DNA from: Raillietiella orientalis
Taxonomy: Eukaryota
Assembly (NCBI GenBank): GCA_036172245.1
Contig: JAYWIR010000006.1
Coordinates: 806,001 to 870,000 of the forward strand
Length of the DNA: 64,000 nt
Reading direction: 5' to 3'
In this document: in pieces, positions 13,160 through 27,526 of the stretch
How positions within the stretch are numbered: the first letter of the stretch is position 1
How the letters are laid out: each line of letters starts with the position of its first letter
Notes under the pieces: model-generated
What the model was told of the DNA's origin: nothing
The model's database searches: none
Seen by the model: only the letters and a program-made list of their open reading frames with translations
Position numbers and translations under genes: made by a program

Positions 13160-16100
13160 GGTGTACCTAATCCATCTCTCGTTGCGATGATGACTATCAG
13201 CAGTTTCCTTGGAATAAGGCTATGGCAAAGGACACATCTGTCACCAACGTTTGGCTAAACTTTCAACTCTCGATGGCAATCTTGACAGCTTTCACCGAAT
13301 TCACGGATTAAATGCCACGGGCACAAAGGGCACACCGGACTATTGGCAATAACGGCAATAAAGGAATAAAATGATTACTTGCTCAGCTTCTTTTAAACGA
13401 TGTGCATACTTTGTGCACCGTACCGTTTTGCGTCCACATACCGATCTATCATCCAAATCGATGTTGTTTCTCAGTCTTGGATCCGCCACTTAGCCACTTA
13501 GCATGCAGCATCACAGCATTTTTTTTAACAAACAGATGAATAAATGAAAGGACATTGCTTTTGCAACATGACCAGAACTTTTGATGAGCTTCCCAACCAT
13601 CTCATATGATTTCACATCGAACGTGTTTTCCTCTTAACTCTGATTATCTATCGACCGAAACACTCTTGGAATTGCAGAATTTCGCTGAGAATATCTTTAT
13701 TCTTTCTGTTCCTTTTTTGAATCTTCGAGGTTCACGAGACTCTTGGTAACGAATGTCTACTACTGAGCTAAAGTATTAATCATATGCAACATCAGCTCCA
13801 AAATTTTGAAAATTCGGAAGCCACATTAAGGGTACAAAGTTCCATGAAACGAAGTGTTTAAAACTTTGGTGATCCATTAGACCTTCGTGAAAGTGTCGTG
13901 CTCGGCTAATGCTTCCGCTGGAACTTTAGCAGAAGAAATTGCCCTCCTCCAAGTTTCCTCGAACTCTGAACTTATTACGCAGCGCCCGAAGCTTCCGTGA
14001 TAATGCATTTGGAACCACATCTCCCGAGCAATCAAATCCTCACTGTACAATGTTTGAAAACTTGGTTTCGACATGGGACCACATGCCATTTCGATGAGCT
14101 GCGCCTTCCAACGTTCCCAAGCGAATGGAACGCACCACCTCGGTCCTGTGATGCAGTTACCGAAGCACCGAAGCTGACGTCATTTTTGCTGCTCTACGAG
14201 TGGACAGCTCCTAGCAGACACAGCCTTTCCATCTCTGCAAATACGGGCCTGGCGTGGAGAACCCGTCAGCTGCACTCTACGAATCTCTGGACACGCCGTT
14301 CTCCAAGGAAACAGAGGCTGGACTTCGCATCTATTCTGGAGAGCTCTTCGATAGTGGATCGGTCTGAGAATTTACTCCAGAGTAACCGGCGAAGAATCCG
14401 GCGCTGCCTTCTTTTGGGGTTGTGGTTTTCTGAAGTTTTACTCAAGTACTTCGCACCTCCTGCAGGAAAACACTTTCGAGCACGCCGGTGCACAGCTAAT
14501 AACTCGCAAGTGACCTTCGTGGTGTGCCGAGCATGCGGTTTTGTGCACCAACGTTGGACACCATTGGGAGCAACGTTACGTCATCACGACTCCGAAACTT
14601 CTACCCAACATCTTTTGACATTTTGCTTCATATACATTTTTTGCTTCGTTTCGAATCGACACCGCATGCCTTCTACTCGATAAGAAACGGTCTGTGTTCA
14701 ACACGAATCATCATTTTAAGCATTTTAAGCTCACAAGCCATGGGATTCTGCTCTTGCGGAGTCACCAAACGCGCAAACTTGAAGTGTATCTCGGATTCTT
14801 TTACTATTGTGCTATGTTACTCGTTTCACACATGCATGCTTGAAAGCTTGCTAGGAGAACACGAATCAATCCTTCATTCGTATTTCCTTTCAGTTCTGAT
14901 TCACTGAGTTGGTATCCAAACTTTCAGCACACATCTGCTGTGAATCGGAATGAAACCTGAAGCTCATGTTTAACCACACTATCTCACTACATTTCACATC
15001 CAACTTCTTCCTTTTAGAGGATAAAGATATTTCCTTTGTCTATAGCACTGCTAACCAGTCTGCAATAAAAACTTCACTCATGTATCTCTTAATGACTATA
15101 CTGCCATCTCCAGATTCAAAATTAGCATTTCCCATACAAATTTCTTCTGAAAACTGTTTCATGATTCAAGTACATTTCTGGAAATTTTTCTATCCGCTTG
15201 CTGCCATCTAACTGCATTTCACTTTGTTTGTTTGTTTTTCCAAAATTGCTACATGAATACCTTTAGCATTACAATATAAATTGCTTCAAAATTACTGATT
15301 CTACTTAATTTGCAAACAATGCTTTGGATACTTGAAAAATCGAAAAATTATTATATTCAAGTTCTTAGATGAGCTTCTATGTTCCATGTTATTTCAGAGA
15401 GTGCACTTCAAATTCATGACTTTCATAATTCCAATCATATTATTGCAATTACAGGATTTTCTTTGATTTGATTTTTTTTTGCATCAAGTAAATTTTATGA
15501 TTGTTGTCCACCCATGTATAATAGCTTCATGAAAACTTGTGATCTAGGGTTTCTGGGGTTACAGTCCCTCCGAAAATTTTGCATAAAGTCAGCAATTGCT
15601 GTGTTAAAATATGACTACATGAAATTTTCTCCCACTTTTCTTTTAATTTATTTTGGGAGTCCCCTAACAGCCTAGAGACAAGAAACTCCTTGTAAACTCT
15701 TTACTGTAAGCACTAAAGTTTTGAATGATTTACCATTCATTTACACACCTGATGTAATTGTTCCCTGAATTGCTTTGCTACTTCCTCACTTGGACATTCT
15801 AACTATATGGATATTCTGAAAACCATGCTTTCTTTCAAGGTGAAATGATAAAAATTTGGTGAAAACAGCACCTACTCATAATCAAGACAACAGTATAAAT
15901 TTTTAACTCAACACTTTCCTGAGTGCAGAATTAGTTACATATACTACTGATAATGCAACTGAGGATCATGAAAGGGATATTTTTTGTTATGAAAGCTTGC
16001 ACGGTTCACAAAACAGTGCTATCTAAATTTAAATGGCGACAAAAACAATGAACAAAGAATGTGGTTTGGAGAAAGGAAAATATCCAATGTACACATATAT

Positions 16101-19100
16101 ATTTAATCTGCACTTGATGTGTGGAGTAAATAATTTCTTTATTCAGTCCTTTGCTATTCATAAACATTACATTTCATTCAATATTCTTCAAATTTTTGAA
16201 ACAAACTGTGACCCACAAATTACCAACAAAGTATATCCCATAAAAAACAATTACAATACACATTCTTACTTCATAGTAACCTCCTAATATGTTGGAATGC
16301 ATAAACATAATGCTATCCTCAGTCAGTTCTGAAGCATAAACTTATTTTAAAATCAGATTAGGTAAATCAGCTTAGCCAGGCACTGAATGCAAATCAGCAA
16401 CTGGGATAAGTAACAACTGCATTGTAACTTGATATATGTATGGGTACTAAGATATACAAAGGCAGGCAACACAGGTTTTATCGTCTTCTTCAACATTGAG
16501 CTTTTCCCTGCCGTGTCTGTAACCAAGTTGATTCCTGATTAAGATTGGATTCTTACTGACATATGACTTATTTTCAAGCAACTAAATAAATCAAATGAAA
16601 TTTACAAAATGATTGTACTGATTGAAATAAATGCTGTGAAACCAAACAAAAATATGATTTTGAATCTCCTAGAATACAGAATTAAACCCTTACGCTCGAA
16701 TAATTCGTAAATCATTTGTACATTTTATTCACAAATTAAATTTAGATATCTGATAACTAGAATACATGTATATTTGTACATCTGAACACAGTATAACTTT
16801 TCAAACAACGTATGCATGATCTAAAGCCCGTAGTCCTTGCAATGAAAGATACACAGACCTCTCTTGATGCAAAAATTTGTAAGTAAGCAATGATTAACGT
16901 AACCTCCATTCTTGGCTCCCATAATATTACAGCTCCCATAAGACTACTGAATAATAACAAAAAATAATACCGCGATAAATTACATCCATGTAGTTAACAA
17001 TTATCATTTAAGCTCACCACATTTTCAATTCTGCAATTCTAAATTAAGGCTTCACCAAACTGTTAGAAGTTTATAACTACGACCCAACATACTCAATGTG
17101 CACGGTTGCAATTTGTGAAAATCCAAGTAAATCTCAGACCGACTTGCACATTTCCAAATTCTGATAATAAATATATGGCTCTAAATATCCACACACGTAA
17201 GACAGTAAAACAGGTATGACAATACAACTGCAATACAGTAATCTATACCACAACCTTGACATTTTCTTTCTAGGGTTTCTCGTAAGTATACAATTTCTGG
17301 GGCGTAATTGAAAATATATGTAATACATTAATTTCACAAAGCTGCGATTAGCTGCTTTGTTTCCATACTTTTAATTATCAGGTCTACGAAGCTCTAGCAC
17401 CCTCAGAAAAAACACCCATCACAATTGCCAAACATTAACAAACGAAAAAATAAATTACCAAGCCTAAAAGACACTGACAGGATAAACGTATATATGTAAA
17501 CATATTACATAAAACAAGAAACTACAAAGCATCTTAAGTTTTTCGATCGCTCATTCAATAATTCATGAGATCATTTTCTTTTACATACAAGCATGCATCG
17601 AGCATATCGTGCATGATATCCTTTAATCCTATCATTCTAGGATAATAGCGACCCAATATCAAGAAATGCTATGCTGGAATTATTACCGAGTCTCAATGCC
17701 GACGAAACTTTTGCAAATTTATGCATTCATATCACGAAAAAAAATTGGTATTTTGTTAAATACGTGTTAAGAAAAAGTTCACTGTTATTTCAAGAAACTT
17801 GTCTCTCGCACTTTTAACTAGATCAGTCCATTTCTCAATGCATGAACTCAGCAATGCATGAAGACATCTGTGATCGAGCATTGATAAGATTAATTCTCTC
17901 ATCATAAATATCATCTGTTTCACTGGAGAATTTATTACTGTTTCTTTTTTTTTTTTTTTTTACTGCTGACCTTTATCATCTCCCCCGTTTGGGGGGGGGG
18001 AGGGTTCCTCATAAAAACGTCTTTCGAAGAATTAAGCTCATATCTTCAAATTATAGCCAACAGTTTGACAAATCCATTTCTAAACCTCATGAATTTCCAA
18101 GAATAATCGCTACATCGCACTATTAAGCACCAAAATAAAGCTTCATTGAATATTCTAAAGGAAAGAGTGAAATGGCTGATAATCACGAGAGGCCAAGTAT
18201 CATTAATTGGTATAGAATTTTCTGCACCTACATTCACTGAAATGACGACACTTATAAAACTGCATTCAGAAAACTACTTACATTTCAGTGCATTGAGTTT
18301 GTGGATGAAAAAGAAAGTGATATAACTGAATGGAATCAGGTAGGTCTTGTGTATTAATTCGCCCTGGTTTCTTGCCTTGGACTGGAGCATATTTTGAAAA
18401 CGGTGACCTTAACGATGAATTGAGTTGTCATCTGAACTGGACCGATAACACCATCAGCAGCAAATTATTACTATCAGCAATGAATGTTTTTAAAGTAAAA
18501 CTTCATGAAACTTATTGTTTTGAGTCATTTGAAAATATGAATGTCAAATATTAGTTTCTAGGGTTCCTTTAGTTTCTAGTTTTCCTGAATTTCCTTTATG
18601 TTGTTCCACTTTCTGCCTTGTTCATTCAGGTAAAGAAGCTTACTTTTCCATAGCTCGTTAATTTTTTTTTTTTGATTCAACTGTGCTAAATAAAAATTCA
18701 GTAATAGTACACAAATCACGCCAATACTCATATTGGATGGAAGTGAAATTGGCTCGTGTTAGGTAGTTGTCGACAACAGATTCTCAAAAATTATCAATAA
18801 TATTATCAATAAATTATCAATATCATCCGGTTTATATATACAGATTGGACAATATGGCAAATATAAGTTATGATAACTTACAGTTCGCAGCTGAGTGATC
18901 TTTGCATATAGACTGAATCTTTATAGGCAGACCGTAAAATATTCGAGATTGCCTGTGTGCATAGTTCAAATTTGCCAGATGTTTCAAGCTGCTAAATAAA
19001 ATGATCATTTCAAAACAAGTGCTCTAGCTCATTTTCATTGAAATTGTAATAAAAGCAACTAATAGACGCGAACACTCCATTAAACAGTTGCTTTCACTAC

Positions 19101-22100
19101 CTCAGGGTGATCTTCGGAATTACGGAAATTCCTTCCATTTGTTTTTAGAGGAAATCGCAGGCACTTCAAAACTTATTGTAAAGTCATCTATGCAAATATT
19201 CTTTCGACATATTAAAAACGGAACTTCGAATTGGATTTCTTGTATCAACTGGTGAAATACTGGAAAGCATTGCGAAGCTTCGGACAACCACGTGTCCACT
19301 TTTCCTCTTTTTCAAAATTCTATCACCTGATCTTGAGTATCCCGAAACGGATGAGTACTTCTATCATGTGTAATTTCCTGCTTCTCTCATCTCTTGACTT
19401 TTATCTCTGGAAGGCGATTATTAAAGCCACGTTCAGGAAGGTTGCAATCTTTCCTGAAGCCACAGTGTTCTCGTTTTGAGGAAGTATGTGAGATGTAACA
19501 CGCTTCTGGAAGTCTAGGGGATGAGTCTTGAGAAGTTGATGAGGGCGATGGTCATTAATAGGGTGATCAAGATTTTGATTGCCATTGAGAGTGTTTCTAG
19601 GAAGAACTATCTGCTCTTGAAGGTTAGGACCTTGCATTGTAGAGTTCTTTATCCTCATCTTCCCTACAAGAGGTCACAATCCACTCGATGTGTGGATTTT
19701 GCAAGTGAAACCTTGGCAAGTACTCAAATTTAACTAACAGCTTCTGATCATCTGGATGTATGCCTGTTTTTTTTTTTTCTTTTTGACTGCAGCATTCATG
19801 TTTGAAGATTCGTTTTGTATCGGGGGAGCACAGTGAAGTGTGTCCCAGTTGTGAATTCTGTCTGCACAAAGAAAACTACGCAGTAAGAAAGCGCTTTACA
19901 GACTCGTGTTGTGCACGTTCAGGTGTCTCGAGGTGCTCATACGAGGTTTGTGCGAAAAGCCAATTGACGACTTTCGTTGCTTAATGAATGCGTAGTATTC
20001 TTGAGTAGAAACGGTCCCCTTGACTTGGTCTTGATGAGGGGACCGGAAACGATGAATCTGCTCGTGCCGCTCATTCCTCCTTATTTTCTTCCACCTCCGA
20101 AGTTCTGGATCAAGCCAGAGTTTCGTCTGTTTTACGGTCTAAGGAAGCAGCTTGGTGACCGATACGGTTTAAAGATGGATGACGCTACCATGAAATGAAA
20201 CAATCCAAAAGCTTGATTCGTCGCGGCCAGAGTCCAGGGGCTCCTTCTAGCCATCTCGAGGCAGTGGTCCCGGGAGGAGCTAGGAAATCCTCGGAACGCG
20301 AGTGCGTGCGTTCTCACTCGGAAGCGGGAGAGCTGGTGGTTGGAGTGTACTTTCCTTTCCAGGGAAAAAGTCCACGGCGTGGCGTGCGAGGAGGCAAAGG
20401 AAGGCGACAGGGAGGAGTTCGTCCACGTGGAGTGAAAACCCAGAAGTAAAAGGACCGGATTGCACACACCGAGGCGAACCCTTCCTTCCCTTCCATTCGT
20501 CCTACCTGTCCTTTTCATCTATTCGTTCACTCACGGTCCCCTTCCTTTTGTGCATCCAGCCCACCCTGAGAGAAGTTTTGTCTGGACGCGGCCCCTGGCC
20601 ATGTTTCGCAAAGGCATTTGGATGTTCACCTTTTTTTTTCCTCATTTTACAAGCGTCCCGGAGCGGCGAATGAAGGAGCAATGTCCACGCTCCAGTTCGT
20701 CCGTTGGGGGACTTTCGGAGAGGCAACGTTCTATAAATCCAGAAGATCCTGCGGCTCCTTCAACTTGGCAGTTGCTGAGAGGCAGGTGAGGAGAGGTACT
20801 TCCAAATCCTCCCTGGCCCATCACTGACTGTGGCTGGGGAGGGATCCTCGCTGACCAGGAATCACCCTGGCGTGGAGGGAGGACATGTGGACTTGGCAGT
20901 CTTTGGCTTCCTTTTGCAATCCAACGTGGGCGAAAAGGCAGGTCGTTGGCACCATCTCTGGTCACGTGGACAAGACTCTGGGGGGCCGCCAGTCTCAGGT
21001 TTCGGCTGATCTGTAAGGAAGAAGGGAAGCAGGGAGGAAGTCGTCGTCGTGTGGGCGGGAGTGGACGACAGCGGGAGCGGAGCTCGGTCGGCAAAGACGG
21101 CCGGGGAAACTTCCTCGGTGCGCGGACCAGAAAAGAAGTAACTCCCGATCCGGGCTCCGGGAGGATGAGGGAGGTCCCAACGAGAGGACAGGTACGTCGC
21201 TATGGCTCCGCGTGGCGCTGGGGGAGTGCAGTCTCCCGAGATCCACCGGTCACCTTCCTCTGTTTCCTCAGGTCCACGAGTTGCTGCAGCCGCGGAGGTG
21301 GCGCTTCCATCGATCTCCCTGGGAGCAACCACAGTTCCTCAGTCGTGGCCACGGAGGCACGAAAGAGGTTTCAGAAGGTTGAAGGTCCCTCCCACTGGCC
21401 CTTCCATCCGAATCGACGGGCTCTGGCGATAGCACGGACGGGACTTCACGTAGGCGGACCAAGAGGAGAGAATCGTGGCTCCGCAGCCTTCCTGTTCCGT
21501 TCCGCTGGTTGCCCAGGGGATTTGCGGGGAAGGCGAATCCTCCCTGGCGCGAAGGAGAGAGACGAACCCCTCATCACTTGCTCATTGCCCTCTTCTGGTC
21601 GCCGTGGTTCCCGATCCTCCGACAGGAGTTCGAGCGGAGGAAGGCGGAGGGGGCGGGAAAAAAAAAACCAGGGATCCACCACGCCTCTGCGAGACAGTTC
21701 CGGTGAGACTTTCGGAAGTGGAACGTTGTCCCGGAAGGGCGAGACCTGGGAAACCGCGGCTGTGGGGCCCTGGGACGTCGCTCCGGAGGAACACGTCGAG
21801 GCCACACTCCGAAGACGGAGAGGCGCGCGCGTGCGCCAGTCCGCCACCATCCGCGCCCGCGAGGACTTGTCCTAGGGACCCCGCTTTCGGAAGACCGAAG
21901 CCGATCTCCCCCGAGTTACCCGGCTCCACGGTTCCAGAGGTAATGCTCCCCCTCGACCTTGCCCACATGTCTCTCGGTGGCAGCAGCTTCCCCATCCCCT
22001 TCAGCGCCCTCCTTCGTGTCTCCCACCTTTCTGCCCTCGCTTCAGCTGGAGGTGTCGATCTGCTCACCGGCAACTCCCCCCCTTTCGTGGCACACTGGGG

Positions 22101-23001
22101 AGGGCACAACTGTCTGCCCCCCCGCCTCCCACCCTTTACCCCTTGAGGTCTTCCCCGCGTGCCTCCTATAGAGAAGAGGGTTCCTCCAGCCATCTCTCCC
22201 CCATTCCGCATCGTCTCCCGGTCTCCCTTCCAGAAAGAGCAAGGAAAGGAAGATGGGGAGGAGGAAAGAGGAAGTGAGGAGGGGGAATAGGAAAGCGAAA
22301 GAGAGGAGGAGGAAAGAGGAGCAAAGGAAGATGATGATGATGAGGTGGTGGAGGAAAGCGAAGGAGGAGGGGGGGGGGCAACGGCTGCTCCTCCTTCGCG
22401 ATGAACTCCGCTTGCGGTCACGCGCCCCGGCGGGCAGGGACAACCACCGCGAAGGCATCCGGTCGCCTGCGCCGTTCCGCTGCGCGGCAACCGCCTCCTG
22501 AGCAGCGACGGCGGTGGCGTGCTCCGTGCCCCGGGGGCGTGCGCCGCTGCCCGAGGGCGCGGCTTTCCTCCCGTACCATCTCGGCTGGAAAGAGAGCGCT
22601 CGCTCGGGCCGTCCCTGTTTCGAGGGGTCAACGCGGAAGGGGCCGCGGTGCCCTCCGTGCCTTCTTCCCGAGCGGAGGGGCGTCCGGCAGTCCCCTCGTC
22701 GCATCTCGGACGGTCATTGCACGGCGTCCGCGCGCTCCCTCGCGACCCGGCTCGGCTGAGCTTCCGGTCCTCCCCCCCTCGCGTGGAGCCAGCACCTGGC
22801 ACGGCGACTCGTAGGAGGCGGAGATCAACGCCCGGAGGAGACGGCATTCCTCCTGGACCCCTCCCCGTCGCGCCGGTCGCCGTCGGAGGATGCCAGAAGT
22901 GGCGGCGGCCGGCCGGCCGGGGTTCGAACGCCCCTCGTGAGAGCACCGAGGATCTCGCGAGCGCATGAGGCGAGCCGTCCTTGGGCGGTGGTGGTGACGG
23001 T

Positions 23002-23025
23002 GGAGGAGGAGGAGGAGGAGGAGGA
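23002..23025. repeat. (GGA)8 microsatellite followed by a G run
   Basis: Directly visible. Confidence 0.9.
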
Positions 23026-23419
23026 GGGGGGGGGTCGACCTGCCTGACTTCCCGCCTTCGTCGCTCCCCTTCCTTCCCCTCAGCTCGTGGGCTCCTGCAG
23101 GGAGACCTCCCCCCTCCGCAGGGCAGGCGGATTTTCGTAGACGTCGGGCGCGACGAAAGAGAGAGTGCCGGAGGAAGGAAAGCAGGAGGGGGAGGGGACG
23201 GAGGAGAGGAGGCCGCTACTCTGGCGAGAAGGTCAGCTCCACGCTCGGTTTCGGCAGAGACCTGCGCTCTGCAGGAATTTTTTTTTTTCTTTTTTTCCCT
23301 CTCTTTCCGCGGCGAGACCGCTCCGGCACAGCAGTGGTGACCCCGGGAACGCGCCCCGCGATCGGCGATTCCTGCGCCGTCACTCGCTACGTCGCGTGCT
23401 CCCCACGTTCAGCCTCGAC

Positions 23420-23477
23420 ATGAGCGTCGTCGTCAGGGCAACCCTGATCTGGACCCTTTCCAGCCAGCTCTTCTCAA
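23420..23477 (+). CDS. Probable signal-peptide exon of the CUB gene (MSVVVRATLIWTLSSQLFS + phase 1), spliced over a 17.5-kb intron to 40960
   Basis: ATG followed by a hydrophobic stretch and a consensus donor A|GTGAGT at 23477/23478. Phase 1 matches the CTTCCAG acceptor at 40959/40960, giving ...LFSSEA-KQCG, a plausible cleavage site. A long polypyrimidine tract with AG lies at about 23278-23316. The frame is also open upstream, so the true start could be earlier. Confidence 0.6.
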
Positions 23478-26400
23478 GTGAGTGGCCATTTTTGCTTTTT
23501 TAGGGGTGGTGCGCGCGCACGCGTGAGGGGGGGGAACTCTCCCGCTTCAGACTTCCCGGACGCACCGTGGAACGAACTTCCCCTGGCTTGTGAGCATGTC
23601 CATTGCTGCCCCCGCTTCCCCCACAGCGTCAAGCCGCCTCCCGAGATCCCGGGGGAGACCGCGACCTGAGCGACGTCGCGAGCGGTTTTCTCTGCCCGGA
23701 TATCGACCCGGGTAGAGAAGTCCGCCGGCCCGTAGCGGGGGAGCGACCGATCGATCCCCCGGGGCCCTTCGCGGCCGTCCCCCCCTCCCGTGCCCCCATC
23801 CCGCCGTAGTTTCGTGGGTGCAAGCCCGGAAAGTGGGAGTTCGTCGCCCGGAGCGAGCTCCAGCCCTCCCGATTTCCGCCCGTTCCTGTTGCCGCCCTTC
23901 GAGCGGGCGAACGGTGAACGTCCCGCTTTCCTGAGGGAATTTCCGGGCGCAACCTGGTGGAACGCGCTGGCGCTGCCAAATCCAAGGATTCCCCAGCAGC
24001 AGGTGGACGGGTCGGCGGCGGAGGAAGAGTCAGGATCCCATCGTGCCCGGGAATCCGTCCAGAAAGTCCCCGCGGTCGCTTTCTAGGAGGCTCCACGCGC
24101 GTTTCGTCCTCAGCCGAAACGCCTCGTTGCTATGGTGCCGCGCGCGCTGCGTGCGCGCGCGGCGTTGCGTTCTCCCCACCGGGCCCATGTTTGTAGCCAT
24201 ATTTGAACTTCTTGTCAGGTTCTCGGAAAAATCGTAATCCTTTGAGCTTTTTCCGTCGTTTGGGACTTTTCCCGTTTCCAATTTTCGCTTTTTTCCTCCC
24301 CCTCCCCCCCCCACACCAACTACCTGCTTTTCGGAATGGCTGTTTTGCTCTCGTAAAGGGGGGGGGGGATAATAAAAGCGCATGAAAAGGGAAAAGGTGC
24401 GGCAGCATTTTCAGTTTCGGCGGGAGCAACTACTGAGTTTCGAATGCCTACGTTGTTTTTTTTTTTTTTCTTCTCCTTCCTTTTTTTTGGCTTTCGAAGG
24501 GGGGGGGGGATTGGGTCTTTGTTTCATCTTGCAGCTGGTGGGAATTTTTTTTTTTTCCTTCCCCAAGTCGAAAGAATTTTACCTTGATGCTCGAAAAGCA
24601 GCCATCACCGGGCCAGGGAGCTCGTGTGCTTCCACACCATCTCCGAATGCAGCGTTCCGACGATCCAAAGGCTCTCTTCGGAACTCGCTGACTGAGTTCT
24701 TGCCGATCCCGCTGTGATGACAGCGAACGTGGGGGTACCTGGGGGGCCCATCCACACGAAAGGGCGACAACGGCCGACTCCATCGTTCTTTCTCGCTCAA
24801 CGATCCCTGAAGGAAAGATCCTTCGCAGGCGCGGGGTTGTTGCTGTTGATGCTGCTGCTGTTTCGCGTGACCAATGGTCACGGATTCGGGCGAAAGCGAC
24901 GTCTTCCGCGATTTCCTTTCTGACACACATCGCTTGCATATACGTGCAAACATCTCGGAAATTCGAGTGTACGCTCGCAGTATTTGCCGGTCAACTTCAA
25001 CGCTGGCAACTCGGTGCAGCGAAAGTTGCCGAACGGAGTGAACTTTTCTGCTTACCCCCCTCCCCCCACCCTCGAAGGCCTCCGAGATCGATGGATTCAC
25101 CGCTGCGTCCGCGAACGGAGGACTTTTGGGGAGCAGGCGGCGTGCGGAAGTCCAGCTCGTTCTGGACGCTTCGTCCCTCCCCTCCTCTTCGGCGTATTGG
25201 ACCAACGAATTAAAGACCGTGGCAGAAATCAGTCAGGTATTTCAGACATCGGACGGTCACAACGACTCTTGAGGGCCTAGGGGGAAGGAGGGCACGCGCA
25301 GAGACATCTGTTCGCTCCAAGCAGTCATACCCAACCTTTCTTCTTCTCGGGCCACACGCACAAGTCTGCGACATCGCGCGGACTGTACATACACTACGTC
25401 GTCGTATATTATCATATAACCATGTAAAAAAATAAAACTCGAAATCGAAATGAAACCGAGCGTTTCTTCAAAAATCAGTGTGCTATTTGATGTTGAGTTG
25501 TTTTCGATTATTCTGGAAAAATCCGATTTTGCGATTGCTACGCGTCACTTCTTGATGCAGCGTCAAGGTGAGGATGAGTAAGCCGATTCCTATGCTATGT
25601 CGGGCCGCACACAGAAGCTTGGCGGGCCCGCAGATTGAGTATGGATGGGGGCCTCAAGTCTTTAAAGGTTGCTCTGAAAGGATGCTTTGGTTGATACGAT
25701 TCCTCATCATAGTGGGATGCTTCGAGACTCCCGGCTCCACACGCTTGCATCCCAATTTGCACATCCCTGACAAAAATAGCAGCCTCACGTTTCCCGTTCA
25801 CGCTCCTGCTCGTGGCCGATGCGCGCTCACTTTCCACCTCTCCAAGAAACAGTTTTTTTTTGTAAACAAAAGCCGAAAAGAGGGCGGCGAGCATTCGAAC
25901 GAAAGTGCCGCCGCTGACGCCCTTCTTCCTCGTCTCTGGCGCGAGTCGCAACACGCGCGCCCACGTTCCCCAGCTTCTTCTTCGAGCCCAGCTCCGCCGT
26001 CCGATACCCGCCACCCTGCCTAGGTGGGATCCCTGCCCTCCCGGGAGGGAGAACGCGCGCGCCTCCTCTTTTCGGTGGCTGGCGAGCCAGCCGGGGCAGG
26101 CGACCGGGGTGGCGGCGCCCTCGCGCCCAGGTCAGCCGCGCGCTCCGTCCAGTGGGTATAGCTCCTGGCGGCTGGAACGAGGCGGCGCCGTCTGCCAGGA
26201 GATCTTTCCTTGCGCGAGGAGGGCTGGAGCGGGTTCTGGACCCATGTGCGTCCCGGAGGGGCAAGGCGATCCGGCGATTCCCGTGAGCAGCTGTCTCCTT
26301 GGCGGGAGAATCGGTGGGGGAGGGAGGCACATCTCGGAAAGATCTTCTGGGTCGTTCCGCTGATTATGGCTAACGAATGGATGCTTTCGCGACGCGATTT

Positions 26401-26524
26401 CATCTCTTCATTACCGAGCGGAGGGAAGAAGAAGAACAAAGAGAGAAACGGGGAGGAGGAAAAGAGTAAAAGTTGGTTTCAAAACTTTCGTTCGTTTCCA
26501 AATCGTTTCCTTCTTTTTCTTTTT

Positions 26525-26549
26525 TGCGTGCGCGCGCGCGCGCGCGTGT
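26525..26549. repeat. Alternating purine-pyrimidine tract containing (CG)8
   Basis: TGCGTG(CG)8TGT directly visible. Confidence 0.9.
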
Positions 26550-27444
26550 TTCCATTTGCGTCACGATCTCCTGCATCGGGAATCTGGAATGCTCAACTCA
26601 TCCCAGTGTGCTATCCCACCCCATACATAGCGTTGCTCCTGCGCGGACGCGCGAGGGGGGAGGGAAGGGGAGGAGAAGGGAACCGCATGCGGGAGAATAA
26701 CCAGAATTTGGAACGGAATCCCCATTAGGCTGGTTTCATATTTCACGAGGGAAACTGGTCCGGTGCTGATGGGACCTGTTGCCTCATCACGGAATCCTCG
26801 ATCGAAGGCAGCAGCACTTTCTCCTCCGATTACACGGCTCTGGAGTTTCGTAATCGAATTTGCATGTCGGCGTAATTGATGGTGCACCCAGTGGGTCCAG
26901 AAAGAGTATCTCTTTTATAGCCGTTTAGCAGGAAATCATGGTTTTTTTTGTTTTTCGAGTGAAGAAAGCGCGAAGCCTGCCAAGGATGGACGTTTCTCGC
27001 CAGGCGCCCCAGAGTCCTCGAAGCGGGAAGGAGCCGCTGAGGGTTCCCCCGCTGGAACCACCAAGGTTCTTCTTCTCCGAGAGAAGGGTTCGAAGAAAAA
27101 AAAGAAGAAAAGGAAAAGAAGAAGAAAAAAACAGTCTACTGGGGTGGAAGAAGGGCCCGTCGCTCCGGCAGGTTGCGAATACCCGCGCACAAGACAGGCT
27201 CAGGCGGGTGGATTTCCTCATCGCCCACCAGGGTTGGGCAAGAAGAGAGAGAGAAGGGGAGAGGGAGGGATTCGCTTCGAGCTCGCGTGGGGCTCCACAA
27301 CAGCTTGCTTGGCTGTGGGGCATTCGAAGCCCGAAGATGCTTTTTCGTAGGCCTGCGGTTCTTGCGACCCTCTTCCTCCTTCTCCCTCTTGGCTCTGACG
27401 CTTGGTAGACGGCTCCAAAGGAAAGACTCTTCTTTTTAATCCTC

Positions 27445-27526
27445 CCCGGAGGGACCCCCGGAGGGTATAACCGCTCGTCTCTTCCGAGGGGCGCTCCCCG
27501 AAGGGAGCGGTGCGCTTCTTACACTC
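27445..27526 (+). repeat. Degenerate dispersed repeat, similar to 13033-13159
   Basis: Collinear blocks GACCC..GGAGGG..CCGCT, CTCTTCCGA, GGGGCGCT, CCCCGAAGGGA, CGCTTCT, CACTC. Confidence 0.55.

Noticed and set aside
17274..17281. 8-nt plus-strand microexon candidate (TTTTCTTTCTAG|GGTTTCTC|GTAAGT)
   Set aside because: Good signals, but no coherent neighbouring exons could be assembled
17823..17905. Possible C/D snoRNA on the minus strand (ATGATGA...CTGA...CTGA)
   Set aside because: No terminal stem and no rRNA-complementary guide that I can recognise; the boxes are short enough to occur by chance
21582..22946. 454-aa minus-strand ORF, and other 200-310 aa ORFs at 20946, 28099, 32502 and 37086
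   Set aside because: Arg/Gly/Pro/Ser-rich translations running through simple repeats and homopolymers in GC-rich DNA; no recognisable motif
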